DNA of 64,000 nt from an uncultured candidate division Zixibacteria bacterium (GTDB lineage: Bacteria; Zixibacteria; MSB-5A5; GN15; FEB-12), in the NCBI GenBank assembly GCA_963806185.1, contig CAWDXE010000001.1:1-64000 (forward strand), written 5' to 3'. A program made the position numbers and the translations under genes. Every line of letters begins with the position of its first letter. Positions within the stretch are counted from its first letter, which is position 1. The notes below the pieces were generated by a model. The model searched no databases. It saw only the letters and a list, made by a program, of their open reading frames with translations, and was not told where the DNA came from. Below are positions 10,730-20,479 of this stretch, in pieces.

Positions 10730-11629
10730 GTGGTGGTGAAGAGAATACTGATCCCGTGCCTTATGGCGCTCGCCTCTTTGTCTTTCCGGATCGACCTGTC
10801 CGGCCAGACGATCGATCGGATTATCGAATTGACGGCCGGCGGTCAGCGGCTTGTTCGTCCAGTGCAATTGGCCCTCTCGCCTTCCGGCAGCAGTCTGGCC
10901 GTTTGCGACCAGAACGCCAATCGCATCTTCGTGCTCGATCCGGACGGCACCCTGCTCTGGACGATCGGTGAATCGGGTTCGATCGGCCAACCGGCGGCAG
11001 TCTGTTTTGACGGCGAGGACGCCGTCCTGTTCGCTCTCAAGAGTCAGCGCCTGATCTTCCGGACTACCAAGGCAGAACCGACCAAAATTGATACCATCGC
11101 CGATCTGGCGGCAGTGCTCCCGAAGGGGGCGACGGTCGATCAATTGATCGGCATCGCCGGCAATAAGCATCTCATCCTCGATCGCCACGGTTGTGCGATC
11201 TATCGCCTGAAGGCTAACTGGGAACTGGACAGGAAATTGATTTCACACGGTGATCGCAAAGGTGAGCTGTGGGCGCCGGCGGCAATGGCGGTTGATCTCT
11301 CCGGCGATATCATCGTCGCCGATGAGGGCACCTATCCTGTCCAGACGTTTTCGTCTGACGGGAGGTTTCTCTTTGTCGGCTCGTGGAATGCTCCGCAGTC
11401 GAAGCAGATCTGGAGCGCCGGTGCCGTCGCGGTGTCAAGGGATGAGACGGTATGGGTCGCCGACGTAGCAGGGTCACAGTGGCGCGTATTTGATCGCAGC
11501 GGGAATGAACTGGGCCAATACCGGTTTACCCCGCCGATTTTCCGTCCCAACGCCATGATAATTACTCCGGATAATCGATTGGTCGTCGCCGAAGAACGCG
11601 GTTCGGTGGTTGTGCTTCGCCTTCCGTGA
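10730..11629 (+). CDS. NHL-repeat beta-propeller protein
   Basis: Repeats such as P.QLALSP..LAVCDQ.ANRI and WAPAAMAVDLSGDIIVAD. Hydrophobic N-terminus. GTG start at 10730-10736 (exact start uncertain). Confidence 0.85.
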   Translation: MVVKRILIPCLMALASLSFRIDLSGQTIDRIIELTAGGQRLVRPVQLALSPSGSSLAVCDQNANRIFVLDPDGTLLWTIGESGSIGQPAAVCFDGEDAVLFALKSQRLIFRTTKAEPTKIDTIADLAAVLPKGATVDQLIGIAGNKHLILDRHGCAIYRLKANWELDRKLISHGDRKGELWAPAAMAVDLSGDIIVADEGTYPVQTFSSDGRFLFVGSWNAPQSKQIWSAGAVAVSRDETVWVADVAGSQWRVFDRSGNELGQYRFTPPIFRPNAMIITPDNRLVVAEERGSVVVLRLP

Positions 11630-11635
11630 AAGTGA

Positions 11636-12607
11636 GTGAGGACAGTGAGACTACGCAATATCATCTGCACGTTTGGGTTGCTTTTGCCGGCGACGGTGAC
11701 GGCGGGAGACTATCATGTGCCCGGTACGCTGCAGTGCGGTGACTGTCACCTCCAGCATGGCACCGACCCACAGAATCCGGCCTTTGCCGGGCCGTTCACT
11801 TATCTTCTGAAAAAGAACTCCGTCAACGAACTATGCTTGTCTTGTCACGATGGCACGGACGCCGCGGCGCCGGACGTTCAGGACCCGGTCGTGATGTACA
11901 ATTCGACATCGGCACAGGAAAGCGGCGCCGGATTTATCGTCCCGGCAGGCCTGGATAATCCGAACGGACATGCTCTCGGCCTGCCAATGACGACTCCCCT
12001 GCAAGGCGCAAGTAGCCTCAGTGAACTAAACTGCACCAGTTGTCACGCGCCGCACGGCAATGGGAACTATCGCAATCTGAATCAGGATCCGGCCGGTACC
12101 GGCGTGACGATAAGCGTGATCGAGGGAGTTCAGGTCTTTACCCAGATCAAACCGGACATCCCTCCGTCGTCCAATACTTCGGTGATCGCGTATAGCCGGG
12201 ATAATATTGGGTATGCCCGAGGTCTCTCCACCTGGTGCGTTGCCTGCCACGATCAATTATCCGCGAATAATACGGCGGCCTTGCCGGCCCATTTCAATAC
12301 GCACCCCAGTGATATTCCGCTCAACGAGTTCGGGATTTCCGCGCATACCGACGGCGCCCATTGGACGTCGGGCGCGGGAGAAGGATTCGCGGCCGGCGGC
12401 GGTCTGGCCGGCGGACCCCGAGTACCATTTCAGGTACCCAACGCCGACGATTTCATTTCTGCACGGGAGGCGAAGTCGACCAATGAAGTGTCCTGCGTGA
12501 GCTGCCACAAGGCCCACGGCTCCAGTTATCGAAAAGGGCTGATCTGGCCGTACCTGGAAGGGGGCGATGCTTACCTCTCAGGATGCCAGCAGTGTCACAA
12601 CAAGTAG
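11636..12607 (+). CDS. OmcS-like hexaheme cytochrome c (nanowire family), copy 1
   Basis: 6 CxxCH with OmcS-type context: DYH..CGDCHLQH, YLL..CLSCH, GH, CTSCHAPHG.YR, GLSTWCVACH, THP, VPF, VSCVSCHKAHGS, terminal CQQCHNK. Confidence 0.85.
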   Translation: MRTVRLRNIICTFGLLLPATVTAGDYHVPGTLQCGDCHLQHGTDPQNPAFAGPFTYLLKKNSVNELCLSCHDGTDAAAPDVQDPVVMYNSTSAQESGAGFIVPAGLDNPNGHALGLPMTTPLQGASSLSELNCTSCHAPHGNGNYRNLNQDPAGTGVTISVIEGVQVFTQIKPDIPPSSNTSVIAYSRDNIGYARGLSTWCVACHDQLSANNTAALPAHFNTHPSDIPLNEFGISAHTDGAHWTSGAGEGFAAGGGLAGGPRVPFQVPNADDFISAREAKSTNEVSCVSCHKAHGSSYRKGLIWPYLEGGDAYLSGCQQCHNK

Positions 12608-12619
12608 GAAAGTGAACGT

Positions 12620-13720
12620 ATGCGGCGACGGACAATGGTGAGAAATCTGGCGATTGGCACACTGCCGATACTGATTGTGTTCAGTGCCGCGCTCCTGCAG
12701 GCGGACGGCGGCCAATATCGGCAATCGCCTCACGGTTCGCCGAATTCCGGCGTGTTGCGCAGCAGTGCGTATCCGCGCGCGAGCTGTGTGCAGTGCCACA
12801 CCACTCATGAACCAACCAATACCTACCCCTTTGGACTGTTTCGGGAGAATTCCAACGAGCTGTGCATGACGGCGTCTGAGGGAGGGTGCCATGCCGATCA
12901 GCCTACTGGTGCGACGGCGGGTTACCCGGCCCAGGAATCGGACCGAATGCCACAAGGCTCGAGTGATCCCGGATATTTTGAATACAGCGGAGGCGGAGTC
13001 AGAATCGCCGGCCTTAATAATCAGGTGCGCTGGCCGGGGCAGCAGGTTTGGGCCGACCTTCAATACTCACCTCACAATTCCGATCCTGACATGCCGATCA
13101 AAGACGCATTCGGCAATGGCTCATGTGACAACTGCCACGCCGTCCACGGCGGCGCGTCGCTTCATGATATGCTCGATACCACGTATGGCGGCATTGTTGG
13201 TTCGCAGAACGGCCTTCAGACGGACAACTACCGACTCTGTCTCTCCTGTCACAATCAAACCGGGCCGCTCGGCATGATCGACAGTTCTCGCTACATCGCC
13301 GATTACTACGACCGATCCATCAATCCGAGCAACCGCAGCGGTCATGGCATTTCTTCGTCCGGAGGATATGTAAACGCCGGTGACCGTCTCCCCTGTTACG
13401 ACTGTCATAACCCGCACGGCTCACAGGGGAACGGACGACAGGGCGCCAATCGGTATCTGCTCAGCGACCAGCGCCCCGGATGGTATGGGTTGACCGATAT
13501 CAAGACCGATACTGCGCAGGTACGACGCTTCTGTTTTGGCTGCCACAAATCGTCGGACGGCCTGGGGGGCGGCGTGGTAGAGGGACTGACTCTGTCCCCA
13601 CTGCCGGGCGACGTGCCCGATCACACATATGGGGCCACCACGCACTGCTATGATTGCCACGGCCGTGACTATAGTTCGTCTACCGCCAATAATGTTCACA
13701 ACCCGGCCGAAGGTGACTGA
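12620..13720 (+). CDS. Exported multiheme cytochrome c, 6 CxxCH plus one CX7CH
   Basis: CVQCH, CDNCH, CLSCH, CYDCH, CFGCH, CYDCH plus CMTASEGGCH; signal peptide. Confidence 0.88.
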   Translation: MRRRTMVRNLAIGTLPILIVFSAALLQADGGQYRQSPHGSPNSGVLRSSAYPRASCVQCHTTHEPTNTYPFGLFRENSNELCMTASEGGCHADQPTGATAGYPAQESDRMPQGSSDPGYFEYSGGGVRIAGLNNQVRWPGQQVWADLQYSPHNSDPDMPIKDAFGNGSCDNCHAVHGGASLHDMLDTTYGGIVGSQNGLQTDNYRLCLSCHNQTGPLGMIDSSRYIADYYDRSINPSNRSGHGISSSGGYVNAGDRLPCYDCHNPHGSQGNGRQGANRYLLSDQRPGWYGLTDIKTDTAQVRRFCFGCHKSSDGLGGGVVEGLTLSPLPGDVPDHTYGATTHCYDCHGRDYSSSTANNVHNPAEGD

Positions 13721-13722
13721 TA

Positions 13723-15477
13723 ATGAGATGGCTGACTCCCATATGCGTCGTCTTGGTAGTTGGCCAGTTCTACAGTACCTGTGAGGCTACGGGCAGGTTC
13801 TACGGAACGCTAAACGCGACCTATCAGCATACGACGAGGGAAAACACTTCCCGCGTGGTAACCGACACCACCGGTGATTCGCTGCGAACGACGGAGACGA
13901 CGTCGAAATACGGCCAGTCGGAGTTGCTGATCAACTATGAAGACGTTTTGTTCTCCAAGAACTACCTTCGACTGGCGAGCAGCATTTACGGCCGACAAGT
14001 GAACGACGCAGGTAGATGGGAAGTCCGATCCATCTACTATCTCGACCTCAAGAGCACCGGGTATGCGTATAGCAGCAGCTACTCCCCGTACAGCCAGACA
14101 TTTCAACTCCGACTGCCCGATGGTACGCTGGCGACCTCGAAATTGTTCTACCGAGATTGGCGAAACACCATAAATCTCAATTACAGCCGGTGGCCTACGC
14201 TGAATATTACCTACAACTTTGGGAAATCGTTTGATAAACTAGACGTGCGGCGACTCGACACCCGCAACCGCAACGTCATTCTGGAATCGAATTATGCGCT
14301 TGGCCCGGTTGCGGTGCGGGGCAATTACACACAGTCGAGATCAGAAAACCGTCTGGTCTCACCCCGAAACATCACCTCGTTTCGGACGATGAACGGGACC
14401 ACGAGTTTCGCGCAGGACTTCCCTCGCCTGGGATATCTTTCGGCCACATACTCTTTGTTGGATTCGAGGATGCAGACGCAATCAATCGAGACCGTCGTTC
14501 CGTTGCAGTCAAAAGTGCATTCGGTGACCGGATTCTATAACACGCGGTCGTATCATGGCGTGTCGGGCTCGGCCGGTTATTCCGGGCGGTTCACCAGATC
14601 GCGCACACCGCAGGACAAGTTCACCAACCGGGATGAGAGCTTTTCGGGACAGATCGGCTACGCGCCGTTCAGCTTCCTGTCGTTTGACGTCACCAAGATA
14701 TACCAGATCGCTTCGCGCGTCGGCGGACACCGAATCTCCGAGTATCTGACCGTATCTTCGACCGTCAACCGTTACCTGCGTCGAGGGGTGGATACACGAT
14801 TCAGCTGGGCGAGAACGTTCTACCAGCAAGTCGAGGGAAGCGAAGATTCCACGACTACGCGGGGCGGCGGCTACAGCACCGACAGTTATTATGCATCACT
14901 GGCGGCCGTCCCCTACCCGCATACCCGCCTGTTATGTGATCTTTCGATTGCACGCTCCAATGCACCCGAGACTACAGCGCGCCGGTATTTGATTACACGA
15001 TCTTTGAACCTGCTCTTAAATGCATCGCGGAAACTGGAGGGGCGGCTGGGCGCGTCCTTCTCTTATCAGGGGCCGGAATTCACCTTGAATCGAAGCTACT
15101 CGCGCAATGTCAACGCGGGTGCCTCGTACTTCCCGGGCGGAAATATCAATATGAATCTGACCTACGTACGGTCCGTCCTGAATTCTACACCCAGACTCGC
15201 CAACAGCTCACTCAACACGTATATCGGGTATACCTTTCGACAAGTGCTCACCCTCTACCTGAGCCTCAACCGACAGCTTCAGGAAATACCGGAACAAACG
15301 GAGGGCGGCATTGAGAGAGCAACCGTGAAGCCGTATACCGTCAACGCCCAGGCACAGTTACGCTTAACCGCGCGATCCACGTTCACGCTTGGTTACATAC
15401 ATACTGACGGCTCGTCCACAGCCGGACCGTCCAACAAGTCCGGTATCCTCCAGGCGGTTTACAACGGACAATTCTAA
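13723..15477 (+). CDS. Outer-membrane beta-barrel protein (porin-cytochrome conduit or secretion pore candidate)
   Basis: Signal peptide, alternating amphipathic Tyr/Ser/Asn-rich strands, C-terminal aromatic (..VYNGQF); lies inside the cytochrome operon. Confidence 0.75.
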   Translation: MRWLTPICVVLVVGQFYSTCEATGRFYGTLNATYQHTTRENTSRVVTDTTGDSLRTTETTSKYGQSELLINYEDVLFSKNYLRLASSIYGRQVNDAGRWEVRSIYYLDLKSTGYAYSSSYSPYSQTFQLRLPDGTLATSKLFYRDWRNTINLNYSRWPTLNITYNFGKSFDKLDVRRLDTRNRNVILESNYALGPVAVRGNYTQSRSENRLVSPRNITSFRTMNGTTSFAQDFPRLGYLSATYSLLDSRMQTQSIETVVPLQSKVHSVTGFYNTRSYHGVSGSAGYSGRFTRSRTPQDKFTNRDESFSGQIGYAPFSFLSFDVTKIYQIASRVGGHRISEYLTVSSTVNRYLRRGVDTRFSWARTFYQQVEGSEDSTTTRGGGYSTDSYYASLAAVPYPHTRLLCDLSIARSNAPETTARRYLITRSLNLLLNASRKLEGRLGASFSYQGPEFTLNRSYSRNVNAGASYFPGGNINMNLTYVRSVLNSTPRLANSSLNTYIGYTFRQVLTLYLSLNRQLQEIPEQTEGGIERATVKPYTVNAQAQLRLTARSTFTLGYIHTDGSSTAGPSNKSGILQAVYNGQF

Positions 15478-15493
15478 CTATAGGATAGATGCT

Positions 15494-16081
15494 ATGTCGT
15501 ATTACTCGAAACTCCTCCTCATCCCCCTGCTGGCGCTGACGCTGGTTTCCTGTGGGGGGTATCGCCAGTATCTGAACGAGGAGGCCGATTTTGGCTATTA
15601 TCAACGAATCGGCATTCTCCCCTTCTCCAATCTGAGCAATGACAAAGCCGCCTCAGAAAAGGTAACAGCCAGCTTTCTGACCGAGATGATGATCGGCGGC
15701 AGCGTTGAGATCGCCACCATGGGTGATCTGCTGACCACCTATCGAACCGTCATCAAGGACGAACGTTTCAACCTCCCGGAGCAACTGACGGCCGAAGAAG
15801 CGATGGCGATCGGCAAAGGGGCCGAGATTCAGGGCCTGATAGTCGGCGCCGTGCGCGATTACGGCATGGTGCGTTCCGGCCAGACGGATTTCCCGCTGGT
15901 CTCCTTGGTCGTGAGGTTCATTGATTGTCAGTCCGGCAAGATAATCTGGAGCTACGAAATCACGCGCAAAGGCGGGCCGAAATTCCCGATCTTCTCGTTT
16001 GGCGAGACGCATACGCTGGGCGACCTGACGACCAAAGTGTGCCGCAAGACAGCGCAATCGCTTATAGGGACACTCAAATGA
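15494..16081 (+). CDS. CsgG/HfaB/GNA1162-like lipoprotein
   Basis: Lipobox LVSC; RIGILPFSNLS; LIVGAV.DY; VRFIDCQSGKIIW. Confidence 0.78.
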   Translation: MSYYSKLLLIPLLALTLVSCGGYRQYLNEEADFGYYQRIGILPFSNLSNDKAASEKVTASFLTEMMIGGSVEIATMGDLLTTYRTVIKDERFNLPEQLTAEEAMAIGKGAEIQGLIVGAVRDYGMVRSGQTDFPLVSLVVRFIDCQSGKIIWSYEITRKGGPKFPIFSFGETHTLGDLTTKVCRKTAQSLIGTLK

Positions 16082-16683
16082 CAAGGTCAGAAGCTCTCTT
16101 CCGTAGCTGGGGTCTGCTGCCGGCGCTAACTTTGATCATCGCCCTGTCGACAGGCTGCGGCGGCCACTATCTGACCAGGAAGGCGCACGACGCTGCCTTT
16201 ACCGCTGAGCCGCGCATCGCCGTACTGCCGTTCGACAACTTCACGAACAAAGATCAGGTAGCAGCGAAAGTAACCGAGTATTTCCAGACCCTCATGACCA
16301 ACCGGCCGCCGTTTGTCATCGTCGAGGCCGGCACAACGTTCGAATCACTGCGCCGACATCGCATCAGATCGTCAATCCTGCTGAGCGAAGCACAGATGGA
16401 TACCCTGGCCCTGGAACTGGGCATTCAGTACGTGCTTACCGGATCGGTGTTCGAATACAGCGAGGTTGACAACACCTATCTGGGAAAGATACCGCAGATT
16501 TCGTTCGACGCCCGATTGGTGGATTGTCGCTCCAAGAAGACGGTTTGGACCGGCGTCTCAAATGACAGTGGTGATCGTAAGGAATTGCTCTTCGGGATCG
16601 GCGTGACAAGATCGGCCGACGAGCTGGCCCGCAAGATGGCCGAGACACTCGTGAGTGATCTGCAGGGAGTATTCCAGAAGTAA
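16078..16683 (+). CDS. CsgG/HfaB/GNA1162-like lipoprotein, paralog
   Basis: Lipobox STGC; RIAVLPFDNFT; VLTGSVFEY; ARLVDCRSKKTVW. ATG overlaps the upstream stop. Confidence 0.78.
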   Translation: MTRSEALFRSWGLLPALTLIIALSTGCGGHYLTRKAHDAAFTAEPRIAVLPFDNFTNKDQVAAKVTEYFQTLMTNRPPFVIVEAGTTFESLRRHRIRSSILLSEAQMDTLALELGIQYVLTGSVFEYSEVDNTYLGKIPQISFDARLVDCRSKKTVWTGVSNDSGDRKELLFGIGVTRSADELARKMAETLVSDLQGVFQK

Positions 16684-17657
16684 TGAGAATGATAGCGTTA
16701 CATTCTCATCTATTCGGACTAGTCTGCGGCATTCTGCTTGTCGCGTCGACATTGACCGGTCAAGCTTTGACCGGCGAGGCTGAGTTCACGGCGCTCACCT
16801 ACGACAATGGCGCCGACGGTTCTCTGATTTCACCCGGTCAGGCCTTCTTTGACCGAACGGCCAACGAATTGTTTGTCGCCTCACCGGGGAACAATCGCAT
16901 TATTGTGTACGCTCCCGACCTCACTCCCAAATACTCGTTTCCCCATTACGTAACCGATCCCCGCACCAAGGAACAGAAATTCGGCGAACCTAAGGCGGTC
17001 GTGGTGAACAGCCAAGGTGATCTGCTGATTGTCGATAATCTGGCGGACTATCTTGACGTCCTCGATTTTCGCGGCAAGCCGTTGACTCGCATCTATCCCA
17101 ATCGGCTGCTGAAGGACACGACCCTGCGGGTAAAGGCCGACCTGGTAGCGATGGACGAACGCGGTAATGTGTATCTATCCGTCACCGGCGACATCCAGTC
17201 GATCTTGGTCCTTGACCAGTTTCTGGAATTGAAGCGACAAATCGTCAAAAAGGGCGATCCGGACGCTGTTTCGCTCCCGTTGTCAATGGCGGTCGAAGAC
17301 AGCCTGCTTATTATCAGTGACCTTCGCGGCATTCCTGTGATCCGGGTATATGATACACTGGGACAGTATTTGTTTGGTTTTGGCGGTCGCGAGATTGAGA
17401 GATCGGATTTCTCGTTGCCCATCGCCATCTCCATGATGGCAGATTCAAGCGGGCAGCGATATTTCCTCGTGGCCGACGCACTCCGACAAGTCATTAAGTT
17501 CTTGGATTTCACGGGCAAACAGATTTCGAACATCGGCGGGTACGGCATTGCCGCTGGTGCCTTTCGGTATCCGTCGGGCTTAACATTCGACGGAAATAGG
17601 ACGTTTTATGTCGTCGAAAGGGTCTCCGCCCGCATCCAGAAATTCGAACTTCACTGA
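16683..17657 (+). CDS. NHL-repeat beta-propeller protein
   Basis: Repeats PKAVVVNSQGDLLIVD and FRYPSGLTFDG..FYVVE..RIQKF; signal peptide. Confidence 0.85.
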   Translation: MRMIALHSHLFGLVCGILLVASTLTGQALTGEAEFTALTYDNGADGSLISPGQAFFDRTANELFVASPGNNRIIVYAPDLTPKYSFPHYVTDPRTKEQKFGEPKAVVVNSQGDLLIVDNLADYLDVLDFRGKPLTRIYPNRLLKDTTLRVKADLVAMDERGNVYLSVTGDIQSILVLDQFLELKRQIVKKGDPDAVSLPLSMAVEDSLLIISDLRGIPVIRVYDTLGQYLFGFGGREIERSDFSLPIAISMMADSSGQRYFLVADALRQVIKFLDFTGKQISNIGGYGIAAGAFRYPSGLTFDGNRTFYVVERVSARIQKFELH

Positions 17658-17734
17658 TCTTGTATTCCATTATCTCTAAGTTTACCAACAAGTTAATTGC
17701 GCATAAAAAATGCAGATATTATCGCAATTAATCC

Positions 17735-17770
17735 TTGACAAAATCGAGGTATTTGCTATCTTTTTCACAA
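17735..17770 (+). promoter_or_regulatory. sigma70-type promoter with an overlapping Rex/CRP-like operator, driving OmcS-like copy 2
   Basis: TTGACA (17735)-16 nt-TATCTT (17757). TTGCTAT-CTTT-TTCACAA at 17753-17770. Confidence 0.7.
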
Positions 17771-17850
17771 ACCGGAGTGAAATGGAACAGAATCTATTGA
17801 GTTCCTGTTTCGGACGGCCGGTTCAGAATGTTGAGTTTGCAAATGCGTGT

Positions 17851-17868
17851 TAGTGAAAAGAATCACAA
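17851..17868 (+). promoter_or_regulatory. Additional Rex/CRP-like palindromic site in the long leader
   Basis: TAGTGAA-AAGA-ATCACAA, 2 mismatches to TTGTGAA-N4-TTCACAA. Confidence 0.55.
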
Positions 17869-18085
17869 GGCCTACGGGGCTGGCAGGTTTCTCTCGTTGG
17901 CTTCCGCGGCCAATCATCTCCCCTATTCTCGCAATCAAATCACTAATAATAAACAACTTAACCGATCAAGATTCTCTTTTGAGACGATGAAAGGAGGCTT
18001 GGGACAGAGCGACTCTTCTGATTGTACGTATTCGGAAAAGAAACCAACAATTCGAATTGGTATGGTAACAACTAAGGAATCAAAC

Positions 18086-19176
18086 ATGAAGAAACTCATT
18101 TTCCTCGGTCTTGCCGTGATAGCATTGCTTGCCGCTACTGCTATGGCCGGCGACTACCACAAAGGTGCGGATCTGGTCTGCAACGAATGCCACGTCATGC
18201 ACTACAGCCAATCCCACGACTACGCGGGCGACCCGCATCAGGCTCCTCTGGCCAACGGCCCGAACGAGTACCTGCTTCGCAACAAGGTCAACGAACTCTG
18301 TCTGTCATGTCATGATGGAAGCTCGCATGTTCCGGACGTTCTTGGTGAGAACGCTGGTACGGCGGTCCGTCTGGCCGGCGCCCTGAATAAGGAAGACGGT
18401 TCAGTGACCGGCTACACGCCGCAATCCGGCCACTCGCTGGGTTATGCCCAGGCGACCTATCCGGGCAAGGGCACTGCGACCTTCACGCCGAATGCGACTG
18501 AAGGTTTGGAATGCACCGACTGCCACGGCCCGCACGGCAGCCAGACTGGCTATCGCAACCTGAGCAAGGCCACTATCACGTATGCTATCGGAACCAACGA
18601 TGCTACGAAGGACGTGTTTGAGCGCAGCGCGGCCCACCAGTACGCCGGTGGCGACAACCACTACGACCTGAGCAACGTTGATTACAACGAGCCGAACGGT
18701 ACCGGCTCGAAGTATGCTGATATGTGCAAGGCTTGCCATGCTGATTTCCACGGCGCCCTTGGTGGCACGGAAATCGGTGGTCGTGGCCAACTACCAGCGG
18801 CCTGTATGAAGAGTTCCATCGTCACCCGGCGTCCGACGTCAACATCGGCGCTCTGGGCGGCGGCCACTCGGCCATGCGTCGCGCGGCCAGCGGCAGCACC
18901 CCGATTGATCGCGGCTTCGCCATGAAAGCCTACCGCGTGAAAGTCCTGAGCACCAGTGGTGCCTGGGGCGACCAGGGTACCCCGTTGTATCCGCCGGCGA
19001 GCGGCACGCTCCCGACCGACTTGACGCCGAGCTGCATGTCGTGCCACAAGTCGCACGGCAACCAGAATCCGTTTGGTCTGATCTATGCTACCGGCAGTGC
19101 TCCGATCGGCGAAAATGGCGACGGCTCGTTTGCTGATCTTTGCAAGCAGTGCCATATCCAGGGCTACGTCTACTAA
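18086..19176 (+). CDS. OmcS-like hexaheme cytochrome c, copy 2 (one apparent frameshift near 18780)
   Basis: AAGGA SD, then MKKLIFLGLAVIALLAATAMA-GDYH..CNECHVMH, CLSCH, CTDCHGPHG..YRNL, CKACH. After the frame change: EEFHRHPA..PSCMSCHKSHG..CKQCH. Confidence 0.85.
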
Positions 19177-19204
19177 GATTACGCCCGCTTGGTGCTAATA
19201 AATG

Positions 19205-19230
19205 GTAGGGGAGGCAATTTGCCTCCCTAC
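19205..19230 (+). terminator. Stem-loop after OmcS-like copy 2 (weak terminator or mRNA stabiliser)
   Basis: GTAGGG(G)AGGCA-ATT-TGCCTCCCTAC with a poor U-tract. Confidence 0.55.
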
Positions 19231-19270
19231 TTGCGTTGGAAGCAATCTCGGACCGAGGGGAATTTCGGGT

Positions 19271-20396
19271 ATGAAAGCAATCCTCAGCGTTGTTCTCCTG
19301 CTATTGATCGCGACGGCGGCGCTCGCCGGCGACCCGACTGATGTCAGGGGACGACTCGGTTTCATTCATCCGGGCGGTGGAATCCGGGATCAATCCGGAA
19401 TGCCCAGGCAATGCGGCGGCTGCATTTGACCTGGCCCAGTATCATACGGCTCGAGCCTCTATTGTTCGCAGTGCCACGTGATGCACGCCAGCGAGACGCA
19501 TGCAGTGTCCACAACCGTTCCTGATCCATTCGGACCGTTTCCGCGCACGTTCACACCGACCAAGTATCTTCTCAAAGCCTCCGATCCGGTCACGCTTTGC
19601 CTGACCTGTCACGACAATCAGGCGGGAATTCCGGATGTCGTCGGCGCCGACGTGAATGGTCTGTCTGATCGCTCAGCAGGTCGCTTTGAGGCGGTTGGGA
19701 TCGACAATCCGACTGGCCATAAACTGGCGTTGGGCGATCGGACCGGAGTCCGGCGGCTGGGAACTTTGCTTACGTTGCCATATGGCGCGGCGGAGTTCGC
19801 ACGGCGGCCGTCACCTGCATCGACTGTCACAATCCGCATGGCAACGATCGTGTCGCGCAATCTGCAGTGGGCAAGCGATCCGGCGGAACGAGCGTCCGTT
19901 TGGCATGTACATCCGGCCCGGCAGCGCCGGGATGTCTCGCTATGAAACGGACAATATCGGCTTTCCGTCGCCGACGTTGAACGAATTCCGCGAGGTTTCC
20001 AATATGTGCAAGGACTGCCATCACGTCTTGTCGGGACAAATGTATGTCGACTCGATGACAATGGCATACACGAGAAGCACCCGTCATACGATTCCGAATT
20101 TGGGTCCAACGGCACGAATACGATCTCCCAGGGCGATGCGCACGGTTCGACGTCGTCCGCTCATTGGGTTGACGGTACGGGTGGTGGCTTTGTTAATACG
20201 CCGCGACTGCGTTATCTGGTCCGAGGTGCGACGACTTTGCGCATCGCGAACCGTCTCCGCAGATAACGGCGTGTTCTGTCTGACCTGCCACAAGGCACAC
20301 GGCAGTGATCGTTCCTTCTCCCTGACCTTTGCTCCTTCCGGAGAACAGGGCGGCGGTGAAGGATGCGACCAATGCCACAATATGACGGGACTCTAG
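19271..20396 (+). pseudogene. OmcS-like cytochrome, copy 3, 7 CxxCH, broken by about 8 frame switches (probably sequencing error)
   Basis: Signal MKAILSVVLLLLIATAALA. Motifs read across frames: QYH..YCSQCHVMH, YLL..CLTCH, GHKL, CLRCH, CIDCHNPHG, RNL, CKDCH, KHPS, CLTCHKAHGS, CDQCH. Confidence 0.8.
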
Positions 20397-20479
20397 GCCG
20401 CAAGTCCAGAGCACGAGCAACTTACGATTTCGAAGGAGAGCACCGAGAAGTGTTCTCCTTATTTTTTGTGGTTAAGAAA

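Noticed and set aside
17770..18085. GEMM-I cyclic dinucleotide riboswitch as in Geobacter omcS
   Set aside because: Conserved GEMM-I elements not visible by eye; needs an Rfam scan.
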